Assembly (NCBI GenBank): GCA_002633005.1
Contig: NMRA01000233.1
Coordinates: 561,728 to 625,727 of the forward strand
Source: Phoronis australis
Taxonomy: Eukaryota > Animalia > Phoronida
Direction: 5' to 3'
DNA: 64,000 nt
Shown: positions 13,110 to 25,600 of the stretch, piece by piece
Position numbering within the stretch: the first letter of the stretch is position 1
Layout: each line of letters begins with the position of its first letter
Notes under the pieces: model-generated
Seen by the model: the letters and a program-made list of their open reading frames with translations, nothing else
Databases searched by the model: none
What the model was told of the DNA's origin: nothing
Made by a program: the position numbers and the translations under genes

Positions 13110-16100
13110 GGTCTTTCAATAACGTCGAGAATCTCAAAAGGCATCCTGTAAAGGTGAATTAAGATTCATTCGGCAACATGATTTAATTGCAAATTAGTGA
13201 ATCATTCGTAAAGAAGCTTCTATTGTAGTTATAGTCAACACAGACATTTTGTAAAGTGGGTCAACATTAAAGGTGCCTTAAAGGCGACAGTGGCAATTTT
13301 ATAAAATCAGCGCAGCGTTCAAACAAGCCTAAAGCCTTAATGGTCGCTGTCAAATGCTTTGTTAGCAGAGCTATATCCCACTAGATAAATGGCATTTTAA
13401 GTGTACTTGCATGGTAAAAGCATCACCCTTGANNNNNNNNNNNNNNNNNNNNNNNNNNNNNNNNNNNNNNNNNNNNNNNNNNNNNNNNNNNNNNNNNNNN
13501 NNNNNNNNNNNNNNNNNNNNNNNNNNNNNNNNNNNNNNNNNNNNNNNNNNNNNNNNNNNNNNNNNNNNNNNNTGGGCCGATTTGAAAAATTCAAAGTTGT
13601 ATTCGTATTTGTTTTCGCTCCTCTTTTCAAATATTACAGTAAAAACTACGTAAAATTCTCTCCATAAAAAGTACAGTTGTTAGGCTAGACTGTAATCAGC
13701 TGATCACATCCGCATGAGCGAAGTCAATTATCCTCGCTCGTGACTCGATGAATAGAGCAGCTTGGCGGCATCCCTTTGAGCATGAGCCGAGCGCGTCTCA
13801 GCCAAGGTGGATAAATACGGTCTAGTTCAATTTTCCATACCCCGCCGTTTACCTTAAACACCGGGGTTAGAACCAATTTTATTTAGTGGGAATGTTCATA
13901 GCATGAAAATCTCGTATCATTCATGGTCGTCTCGGGTGGAGTTTGTTTTTTTGGAAAAGTGAGCTACTAAAAAACCACCCAGCTTAGTTGATTTTCAAAA
14001 AAATCCTTCATCCAACTTATTCAACATTTTGTATGCTTTCATTAACAATATTTCATAACAATCCAATCTTCTTGAAACTTTTTACACCAACTTTAAGACA
14101 AGTTATTACACTTGCACTGCTTTTTCATAAAAGATAAGCAGCACCTAATACATGCTTTATCATAAAATTTTATTAGTTATACTATACCTAAGCCTACCAG
14201 AGAACTTGTGAATATTCACAACAGTGTTAGATGACTTTAATTTGAAAAATGAAAAAAGGTCATTCTAGGCTATTTTGCAAAATGGAGGAGATTTTATGGC
14301 ACTTCGATAAAAAAACAGATTGCTGTGATTTCATATCTTACTGACCAAGGCTCTCGGTAAAATCGACAGAAAAGCCAAACCATATACAAAAACAATCCTC
14401 TGCAGAATGTGTTGCAGCGCTGAAGGCAATTGACATACCTGACACAGTAGTTAACAAGAAGTATCCAAGGTCTGCCAAGAAGTCAAGATCATGCCGCCAT
14501 TTGATCCAAATGCCAGGACCTGAAAAGTAGAAAAGCACTTTACTGACCGTCAACAAACTCTCAGTCGTAATTGTTCTCTTCTTCCTATGTCCAATTGATA
14601 AGAATGCGGAGCCAGTGTTCTGACTCATGTTCTCCCATTATGTTGAGAAGCGCCTATCAATGGCACATATCCTATTCAGCAACAGTTTTACTAAGAATGC
14701 TTCTTTATGGTTGGATTTGCCATACACACTTATCGCAGCGCTTGGACTTTCACGATCAGTTTGTTTGCGGATAAAGGAACAGAGAAGTTTGTCCATGATA
14801 ATCGCTGACTGTTTGCGACAACCTTCTTTCCCGACCATTTTAGGCACTGATGTTCTTTTGTTGATACGCCCCAACCTCTTGTGTAACCTTCCTGGGCAAC
14901 ACAAGGGGGCGCCCTGACTCCAGTACACCACCACTTATCACACTGATCATAATACACCCAAAGAATGCAACAAAATTTGAATGAGAGAACAGGTCAACCA
15001 TATTTCAAATTTCTTGTGAGCTTTCAGAGCCAATACTTGGGTAGTGATGGTCAGTTTAAAAAAGCAGTTTACCTCCAGCTATTCATGACTCACGGCATGA
15101 TAGGGGGAGCCAGTGGTTTTGCTTTGTCCCTCTGATACTACACTATTAGTATATAAAGCAACTATGAACAATGTTCTGCAGTCAAAAACAACAACTTTCT
15201 TCACCTATAGGCATGTTTGTTCTTTCAAAGCAATTGCGGCATGTTTTCATCCAGTGTTTGAATTAAAATTGCTGACAAGAAAAACTCCAGGGTACGACGT
15301 TTAATCTTCAAAATCAAAATCGAACTCAAAATTACGCTTTCCCTTTTTATCACCCTGCTTGAATACTAACTCAAGATAACTGTGTATTATTCTGTGCTAA
15401 GTTTATGCAAGTGAGATTTTAGTCAAAGTTAACACTTGATGACTACTAAATTAAACCCAAAAGCTCAAGTAAAAACTCATTATTTTGAGTAAAAACTCAA
15501 AATTTTGAGTGTGGGTCATCAAGTGCAAACTAGGGTTAACGAGTCACCCAGATAAACTATACCATACTCGAGCACAGAATAAGACATTTATCTCGAGTAG
15601 AACTTTGAGTCCAAATTTGAGTACAAAGATTAAACTCCGGGTGCTGGAATTCCCCTGACAGCTTTGCACTTTTAGTACCGGTAATTTACCAGCCATGATA
15701 AGCAACTGAACTGATAATAACCTGTCAGTTCTGAAGACAAGAATCATTTTTAACCTGAGCAAAGAACAAGATGAGACCGACTTTGTAACCATAAGAGGCC
15801 TAAGTAAAAAGTTTGGTTTTAACAGGTTTCAACTCTAGATGGCAGTGGTGTCTAACTTCAGGCTACTTTAGATACCAATACAGTCCATTCTTAACAATTC
15901 CAGTGCTCTTTTGTCCACCATCGTGACTCACAGGCCAATTATCTTCCACTGCTCAAAGACTTTCTAAAACCATTCATCAACCAGAGATGTATCAATTTAT
16001 TTTAAAACATTAAATAGTCAGTGTTTCATATTGCCATGAAGCCATAGCTAACGTGGTAGTTACTCTGGTTCATACAGCACGACCAATTCCATCAGAGTCC

Positions 16101-16639
16101 CTGATAAACAGACCTCTTGACGACATCAGGAATTGTACCAATTTACTGATTAAGTACCAGGTTTTGTGAAATAGGCCAAGATTCTAATGCACATGTGTTA
16201 TCTTACCAAACAAACTTTGAACACAATCTGCAACATGTCTCCTTAAATGAGACAAGTAATAATGATCTTTTTGACTTGAACGAATAATTTCCGGTGTGCC
16301 AGCATCGGCGAACTTCATGGTCTTTCAATAACGTCGAGAATCTCAAAAGGCATCCTGTAAATGTGAATTAAGATTCATTCGGCAACATGATTTAATTGCA
16401 AATTAGTGAATCATTCGTAAAGAAGCTTCTATTGTAGTTATAGTCAACACAGACATTTTGTAAAGTGGGTCAACATCAAAGGTGCCTTAAAGGCGACAGT
16501 GGCGATTTTGTAAAATCAGCGTCAGCGTTCAAACAAGCCTAAAGCCTTAATGGTCGCTGTCAAATGCTTTAGCAGAGCTATATCCCACTTGATAAATGGC
16601 ATTTTAAGTGTACTTGCATGGTAAAAGCATCACCCTTGA
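10772..16639. repeat. ~2.7-kb direct duplication (10772-13432 vs 13927-16639) separated by an N gap and ~350 bp of unique DNA
   Basis: Collinear similarity from tcgtctcgggtgga to catcacccttga, with scattered SNPs and indels. Confidence 0.92.
14439..16318 (-). CDS. PEX10: Second copy of PEX10 coding exons 1 (16207..16318) and 2 (14439..14519)
   Basis: Exon 2 is identical to 11204..11284. Exon 1 differs at 3 nt (T4A, Y24H, one synonymous). Splice sites are intact. Probably the alternative allele. Confidence 0.8.
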
Positions 16640-18075
16640 CTTCAGCAAACGGTCTTGACTTCAACAAACGTATGGTAGACATGTACAGCAATTGATGTAA
16701 ATAAAATCACAAAAGCCCAACAAACTTTGTTGATTCATAGCTTTGGCCAAAGCTAATAACTTTAAGAAGATTTTATCTCTTCCATCGATAATCCCAAAAA
16801 TGCAATTTTCGACCGTGAAACCGACTATGTTACAATCAACTATAGTGAATTAATTACAACATGAAATCACCTATTAAGTCTTAGTTTTCAAAGTGGCTCA
16901 CAAAATGAGTTTGTGCTTCGTACTTCATACAGTCACCATAGCTAATACGCGAAGATGATGAATACACAACAGCATGGTAACTAACACAAAATGGTCGTGA
17001 AGCAATCGCACGGACATGAGGGACTATAGGGCTGATACACCATCATCACCAATTAGAATAGGCTGGACCATCAAAGGAGCAAAAATGTAATTTAACAAAT
17101 GCCATCTTGGTTGTTTGGAAAATATTACACCATCAGGTTATTGTGTATGGGCGTCAACACATGTCATCCGCTGGACACAGATTTACAGTTTGCTCCTGAA
17201 TTGACCATCCCGAGTCCTTGTAGGCGAGTTGGCTTCTTGAGACAAAATTGCATTATGGGAATACGGCGGATCATTATACTTGGAAACACAAAGCTCTAAT
17301 ACTGAGAACTCAGTCTAGGTAATACGACGGACCCTCAAGGACATCATGGCAAGTTTTGCTCAAGTTTTGTGATCACAAAAAATGTAGTCCTAAAAAAAGA
17401 ATTCTTGTGGTCAAATTTGTGATTTTTGGCTTAATAAATTCTTGCATTCTTACTTTGCTACACTTTGATGTACGCCATTTGTACCTGATGCAGCAGCAAC
17501 AAAATTAATGTAACTTTGCCTGGTACTACAGGCGTTAGTCAGTGGGAGTAATTGGTTCTCAAATTACTTAATGGCAGGTAACCACATAGCCAACCATTAA
17601 CAATTTGCTCTACTTCTCATATAATGTTGTAGAATGATGTGCTATTGTATTTTAGCATTTAGTTATTGTGTTACATAGCTTTCGCTTGTTGTCTACTGCC
17701 AATTTCTGAGAGAAGGGGATTGGAATTACTTCCTATTAATAGAACTGCTTGTGAAAATGGTATGTCCCTTAGTTATATATGTAATCATAGACTATAGTCT
17801 AGATATTTGATGGTTTGACTGTAGTAGCTTTCGTGTGCCTTGCTCAGTTGAGCCTCAGTTCTTTTCAACGCAGTCTGTTTCACGGTCAGCAGTTTATTAA
17901 CAAGTTAGATTCAATCTCGTTGCTTCTGTCTGTTTCAACAAACCACCTAATCTATGCCTAAACGAACACAGATGAACAATATTTTTCATTACGTCACATC
18001 ACAGAATTCTAGCTTCACTTCTATGGTAGTAGGCCTTGCCACATGTATGTAGACCACAACTGAACTGGTACAAGG

Positions 18076-18273
18076 GGTAATAGTCGGATAAGTTGGTCCC
18101 ATTTCAAATTCTGTCAGGAATACTTAAAAAATAAAATGATTTCACGAAAAAGTGTGAGTAGAGTGGCGCGCGTGATCCATAAGAGTGGGTAATTGTATAT
18201 TGCGACACTTCATTTTATTTTTTAAGTATTCCTGACAGAATTTGAAATGGGACCAACTTATCCGACTATTACC
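18076..18273. mobile_element. MITE with long TIRs and 9-bp TSD (Mutator/MULE-type)
   Basis: ~64-bp inverted termini (ggtaatagtcggataagttggtcccatttcaaattctgtcaggaatacttaaaaaataaaatga and its reverse complement), flanked by GGTACAAGG at 18067-18075 and 18274-18282. Confidence 0.88.
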
Positions 18274-20815
18274 GGTACAAGGTACTGTTGTGGTACCACA
18301 AGGTACAAGCCGACAAGGCTGTTTTGCCAGAGCAAGTCTGCTGTCGCAGACGTTAATAGAGTAACCGAGACAGTGAGAAGACTCTGGTGGGACAATGTAC
18401 CTGCATGGATAATGACAACTGCAACGCACAGCGGCTAAATTAAAGATTCACGGCAAAATCGTCTACTAGTAGTCAAAGTTACCCCAGCCACCAAGACTGA
18501 ATCGGAAGTCACCTGGTGAAGTGCAGACAGGTCCCCCGTCAGTGCTGCCGCCTCTCGGCGTGGCTGGCAAATCTCGTGAGTACAAATCAGGTTGGTCGCC
18601 ACCGACCAGGCATTCCGGTAATTTGTATTTAGTTTTCATCATTTTTATTTAACTTTTGTTTGTTGTTGCGTTTGGTCATTAACGATCACTGATAGTGGAT
18701 TCAATGTGTATCCGGGAATGTGCGTCTCTCACCGAGTAGGCCTATGTTGTTTTCTTCTGGCGACCGCGGGGAGGCGACCCTCCGTCTTGGTTCGGCGGCT
18801 ATGGACTCAGAGAACGACGCCGACTCAAGAGTCAAGGAACGGTAGCATAAACCTAGGAACCAACATTGGTTCCTAATAAAAACACAAGGTCACGTACGAC
18901 TTCGTGAGGTATCGCCATGCGTTACACATTAAACAAATCACGTAATCGCGTCTAAGTAACGAAACCCTTTTACAGGCTCCGCGGGTGATTTGTTACCATA
19001 TTGACAAATGTCTTGTCGATGCCAGTTTTTGAGTTCCCAACGCGGGCGGATCTACGATTTACGCTCTCTCTGTCCATGTTAATTGTTGTTCTGGCTGGGT
19101 GTATTCATGCTTTTATTACTAGTGCCCCCCAACTTGTACTGAGAACTTTTTGATCGTGCGCAGCATGCACCTGAGTCTGCTTCCTGGCTGGCGAAATCGC
19201 CGGGGTGTTCATGGTGGGCTATAATCATTGACTCGATGATTGAAGGTTACAACATCTGACTGAGTAGTCTCAAGAGGTCAGTCAAGCCGCATGGTGTTGA
19301 CTTGTTATCCGTGAGAAATGCTACGGGGCAATTAACGGTCAAAGTGATCAAAGTCGAGCCGACTGAAGCGCGGCACCGCCATGATTAGCTGGGAGTTGAA
19401 TCAAGGACTACACTCCTTGGTTCGCCTTGGACGGCTGAAACTGGCGTCAAGTGTTGTGTAAAATGGTTCCACCGGAGAAACGCGATCGACTCAACCATTA
19501 GAGAATACAAAGTCGAGCCATACCGCGTCCGACCGGTGGCCGTCCAGACCAATAACTTCCACTACATAGCACTGTAAAGTGATCGCGTAGTCGCTTTGGA
19601 AGTCATGGCCCTTCAAGCCAAAATGAAGGTCAAAAAAGGGTTTTGGAGCTGCTTAAAAGCAACTCCAAGACGAAGTAAGCGTTATTTCAAGAATCCAGTC
19701 TGCATGTGAATTCCGAAGTAAGCGTGAGCAACACCCCAAAAATGACACACGGGCGCCTGAGTTCACCTGTGTTCGTTCTCAGTTATGGCGAATACTGATT
19801 CGTCGATGTTAGTCGATTGGATTTTATAGGACGATAAGTGCTGACAGTGCACATGCTAATTTTAGAAACGCTTTGTCTGCAATATTCAGTTGCGCTATCT
19901 ATCGGTTTGATTTGTGGTCTCACTGCGTCAGTGACACATCATGATCAAGATTATGGTGATAGAGTAATTCAAACGTGTGAGTTCTACTATGTTGTTATCC
20001 GATAAGTACAAAAACAATGGCTATGGTTATTCATTGGCAAGCTTAGGGTTGCGTAATTGTTTAATCTGTGATAAATGTGTTTTGTTTAAGACATTTTAAA
20101 AATGCGAGAACGATTCAAACTCGGGTCGTCGAAACTTCGTGCAAAAGAGTTAAGTCTCACTTAGGCAAAAATGGAAAGTCTCTGAGAATATACACGTAGC
20201 CTAACTGGTAGTTACTGAGACAAAATCCATAACTTATTTCTAGACTGTGATGCGCTCTCTGGTTTTCGCTAAACCTTTAGTTACCAATTGTGAAATGAGA
20301 GCACCAAGACCAAATTTCTGTCTTAAATCTTTTAGTCACATGAAGCGGACTCCTGGACTGCTGCGAGCGTCATCTGTAAGCCTATATGTTTTACTTTTTA
20401 ATTCGGTTAGTTGACGCATCTATCCAGCTGTGTGAGGTCTGTGACTGATGATGCAATCTACACGACGAGGAAAGCTTGACTTGCTTACTTTTTTGTCATC
20501 TTTGTTTTGCCAGGTTCTCACTGGGGGGACTGTCTACGTTCGACCTCGTGGCAACAAAACATGCCGCTCAGATACTTTTTCACGGCCAAATTCCCTAGGA
20601 AAGAGTGCCTTTTCCGATTAATTTGGAAATGGTCCACTTTATAGTTTAAGTCAGCAAAAGGACCCATTTTGTTATAAAACTACAAAAGAGTTTATGTGCT
20701 AAGGTTTGTTTATTGAAAGCAGTGCATTTCGATATGTTGTTTATTTGGTTTTAACTTAGTAAGTATGATTTTGCACGGTTCAAAACTCTTGCAAAAGTAT
20801 TAAATGGGTTATAAC

Positions 20816-21082
20816 CAGTGGCTGATTTAGAGGCGAGCCAAGGGGACTTGCCCCCCTAAAATTCTCCTAAATTCCATTTGACACTAGCATATGCGGGGCT
20901 CAGGGGTGAATGCACAATGCATAGGCCTTGAATAAACCTTTTTAGTAATAAGGTCCACAAACCAAAAAATGCGAGACCCCCTACATCCCCACATTTTAAG
21001 CTGGGCGCGCGCTTAGGCGAAATTCTGCTTATTCCTGTGCCCTGCCCCCTCCCCCCAACTCAAAAAACTGGATCTGCACCTG
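20816..21082. mobile_element. Degenerate MITE (CAG...CTG termini, G/C-run subterminal motifs)
   Basis: cagtggctgattt...ggatctgcacctg imperfect TIR, with ATAAC on both flanks. Confidence 0.5.
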
Positions 21083-21673
21083 ATAACGGAAGAGACGTGC
21101 TTCATAAAAGCTCCCAACAGGCGAGTATCCCTAAAGCGGAGAGTTACTCAACCATGCTACAGCATTGTTTCCATGCGTGATGTATGTCAATGTGTTTCGT
21201 GTTTCTAGGTATCCGTGTAAAACGGTGGTTTACGAACCTATCAAGTAATTTGATGCGCTTTTTGACATACAGAAAAATTTAAGGGTCCACAACCAAACCT
21301 TACCGTGAATCCAATAAACCAGAGCATCGTTACATTCAAAAAATTCTTTGGGCAAGCAGCACTTGTTAAACGTAGATGGCGCTGTAGGAACTGAAGTTAC
21401 TGCGTGTAGTTGACGTCTTCTTTTTTGATAAAGCACAAGCTTGTTCCCTACGAAATGCGGAGGGTAGAAATTTCTATTTTGACACCCAACTCGTTAAATT
21501 GCACTGTACACGGCATTTTTATCGCGGATTTCATGAAAACAGCCCCTCCTCACAGACTTTTCCTTTACGGATGACGCTGGAAATATCTGTTTTATTTTAT
21601 TAGGCGATTTAAACGCATTGTGCATCACGCATTATGCGCCAGGTACTGATGGAAACATGCATCGACTCTAAAA

Positions 21674-21811
21674 CATGGGCGGCGCAGCACTGAAAAAAGT
21701 GGGGGCTATAGCCCCCTAGCCCTCCTGTGGTGCACCGCACATAGCCCATGGGCGGCGCAGCACTGAAAAAGTAGGGACTATTGCCCAGCCCCCTATGGTG
21801 CGCCGCCGATG
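21674..21811. mobile_element. Tandem dimer of a ~70-bp mini-MITE
   Basis: catgggcggcgcagcactgaaaaa at 21674 and 21747; ends tgcgccgccgatg, an inverted repeat of the start. Confidence 0.6.
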
Positions 21812-21999
21812 TAAAGGGATGTGGCTTTACGAAATTGTAGGTGTCCTCATAGGCCACCGTCACACAGCCACGGAATTACAGGTGTGAGAACAGTGAAGGA
21901 AATCGTGTGCGCATCACCATTAGTATAATACACCGTTCGTGTGTGGATTTTTTCTCGTAACATAACTCGATACGTCCAAATGTCTGAAACGTAAACGGT

Positions 22000-22295
22000 C
22001 AGTGTTGTGTTTCTGTTTACAAAAACACCTCTCCACAACAATGTTGACCTTGTGCACGCGCAGCATCGCGTGAACTAGCGGCACTCCGGGCCAGAGGGTC
22101 TTGTGGTTAAAAACAAACACGTCAAAACTTCAATTGCTGTTCATCATGCAACATTTTGTGACTGGGAGCTTGTTCAGGAATCTTAAAGGGGTAACGTATA
22201 AGTGGTTTTGGGAATGAACGAAGCAAAATTAGCAACAGCCACAGAAAATGCTTATTGTTCATTACAAAGAATGGAACGCATTGATGGCCTTTGAT
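22000..22295 (+). repeat. Interspersed repeat, copy 1 (copy 2 at ~28320-28615)
   Basis: Shared blocks aaaacacctc.ccacaaca..gttgac.ttgtgcacgcgcagcatc, gttaaaaacaaacac.tcaaaac, attagcaac. Confidence 0.7.
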
Positions 22296-22606
22296 GTGCA
22301 AAAGTATGGTATTGTGGCAAAACATGACGGTCACCATGGGCGGGCAAAGCCTTGCACGTCATTGACATGCTCACTGACGAGCATTCGTGTGTGTGCTTTT
22401 TCAGACAAAGGTTCATGCCTCCAATCTGTGAACGCTGTATCACGAACGCGTTGATTGCATTCAGTAGGCCATCTTGAGAGTTTTGCTTCCGAACATTGCT
22501 TACATGTTAGTCCTGCCTTTTTATTGTAAACAAAAAAATAACTTAAAGTGTGCAAAAAGTAGGTACAGGTTTTATCGCTGTAGGACACTGAGTTGCCGCG
22601 GTAAAA

Positions 22607-25600
22607 ATGACCAGTTTGCTGTTCACCGGATCAAAACACGCCAGTCTGTACAGTAAATACCGTCCGAGTTATCCAAAGAAGTTAGTCGAAGTCCTCGTGC
22701 AGTTTTTGGACAAGGACAAGGTGAGTCTCGTTTCCGTTCTTTTAAGGCGAACTTCGCCTTTGTAATGGATAGGACGACCGCTTTTTGTTCTCGTTTCTTT
22801 TTATTCACACGAGTGTCGTTGCTATGTTCGGCATATGTCCCGTGGTAAGGTGTGAGTGCGTCCGCAAAACCTCGTTTCGTGAAATAAAATGGAGAGCATA
22901 GGGCTTCGAAATGATCTACTACAGCCACTTTCAACACTTTCGTTAGTATCATAAAGAAGTATTCAGTCAAGAAATGCGTTTGATTTACCACTCCCTGATT
23001 AATCCATACATCTGAAAAACCCGATACACAGACAGAAGTTTCCTTATTTGCAAGGTTGGCAATCTGATATCGAATGTAACGCAAAACTGCCTTACTATGT
23101 GAGGTACAAAACAAAGTACCATCTTGAGAATTATCTAGAAATGGTTGGTATCCCACGTGTTTTTATCCAGTCTCTGACTCGATTGCGATGTTCAAATCAT
23201 TTGTTACTAGTGGAAAGAGGTCGCCACACAAGTATTCCCTATGAAAACAGGTTGTGTGAGTTATGTAATTCGGGGTGTGTACGTAGAGGACGAATACCAC
23301 ATTGTGTTAGTTTGTAGTGCGTACCAAGACCGTCGGGTTAAGTACTTAAGTGATCGTTTTTGTCATTCTCCTACGACATCTAAATTTGATTCTCTCATGA
23401 GAACTCCAGATAGCCTACTTATTAAATTCGTCCATCAGGTTCTCAAGCGTCATAATGTATTATCCAGTTTGAAACGTGGCACCTAACAATGTTCTGTCTT
23501 GTACATGATATACTTGGGGCCTATGGCCATGTGTCTACTGTCTCAATAAATCATAATAAAGAAGCATTCATGTTTTTGAAAATCTTAGTTTGGAGCGATT
23601 ACTGCTTTTTAATGTGGCTACTTAGTTGGCGTTCCTTATTTTTCGCATTTACACTTTGACGCGAGCTAAATTACATTGTTGCCGCCACTGCTGCTGCTGC
23701 TACTGACATGGAGATGTTTATCATGACTTTGACGCTGTGTGTGGCTATATCTGGCTATTCCTAACGAGCTTGTACCGCCCCTTGCTCCCTTTGTTTGAAT
23801 TTCCCTCTTGAAACAGATTGACATGCACAAGAATTCCGCGTATGCTCTAGATGGCCAGTGGTTAATTGTAGTGTCTTTTAAATTAGTAGTGTCCAGTTAT
23901 CACAGCTCGTTCAAATAATCAAGTAAAGATTGTTTTACTGCATCTTTTGCTTTGTTATGTTGTCAGGGTCATGACACGACTTGAGAACTTTTCGTAGAAA
24001 TCTGCTGTTCAATATTGTGTGACGTCACTGGTTCAAGTTTTTATTTAATCTCACATTTTTTGTAGAAGTCTTGTGTTGGTCAGTTTGATCACGCGGTCGA
24101 CGTTGGTTGTGGCAGTGGTCAGTTTACTGGTCTTTTGGCTGGCCACTTTAAAAAAGTATTGGCTCTCGATGTCAGTGAATCCCAAATAACTGAGGCGCGC
24201 CAAAATAACGTTCACGAAAGTATCGACTACAGGTAAAATATAAGTGTCATAACTTAATTTCGTTGCAGTGCCACGGCCATTGATTAAAGAAGTTGTTTTC
24301 TTCGGCAAGGGCTCACATATGTGCATATTTTTGTGGCTACTCGTTTGCATGTACATGCGACCCCAAGTGCTGGATCCGGAAACGCAGTACACTCGAGGAA
24401 ATGCATGGGTGCACAACCATGGTGTTGCCCTGAATTATAAGCGAAGCACTTGAACACGCTAGGTTTGCTCGCGAGAATCTTGCGTCTACGGAGCTCAGCC
24501 CAGGTTCCAGTGTCTAATTTAAACACTCGATTTTAAACTCGTCTAGTCACATATTCTGTAAAGAGGTCTTTCCACAAAGGCAAACTGTTCCTCTATGGCG
24601 CCGTTTGCGAAGACAAAGTAACTCCTCGTACACCTAGGTGGCGCTATGAGTCACCGGTCCCAAGTAATCATTCCCCATTGCTTCCGGAATGTTTCCCATT
24701 GAAAGTGAATTCAGAGCTTCAAAAAAATGACATCTGGTTGTTCCTCGAGACCAGGCTCTACAAGTTGACTTGTTGTATCATTTTTTGCGCCAAGCATGGT
24801 CGCGACTAACAGTGACCAGACAGTTCTTTGCAAACTCCGAAGTCATTTCTAATCTGAATAGGGAACAATGTGAGACCAATTTTAAAGCGGCACGTGGTAT
24901 CAATAAAATTCTCTTCTTAGGTTGAACGCGGGTTTTTTTAGGCGGTTAGCTTTCTGGATGATTATTTGGAAGTATCTTGTCACGAAGGAACGTTTCAATT
25001 TTGCATTGTTGTCATGTAAAAATCAACCTGAGTGATGATACTTGTTTACTCAAGTTTCTGATAAACTGACCATTTGGCCGTTTGAAATACAACTAAAATG
25101 AAGTGATCATATGTCGACCGTGTGCTGGCGGAGCTGCTGTCCCCAAACCACTTGTGAATTTGTCGTTTTTCGCCATCCGTGTGTCTGCTCTACGAATTTC
25201 TTTTCAGAGTAAGTCCTGCCGAAAACATACCTGTGGAACCCGAAACTGTCGACTTGGTAACGGTCGGTCAGGCATTACACTGGTTTGATTTGGACAGATT
25301 TTATAAGGAAGTCCACCGTGTTCTAAGACCAGGTGGGGTGCTGGCTGCATTTACCTACGACAATCCCAAAATTCATTTCAAAGACTGCTCGAACGACCTC
25401 AACAAAATTCTTTTCGATCAGGTAAATGTAAACCCAGAGTGTGACTATTTTTAGGTTGACAGTGCTCCGTAGTGACGGTCTTTTGATGAAAATTTGCAGC
25501 CCGGGGCCCTGGGACGGCAGCGAAAACTGCGTGTTGTCATACATGAGCAATAGTGCAGGTCTGTAGTACTAACAGACTTGGCCGATCGAGCTATGATGCT

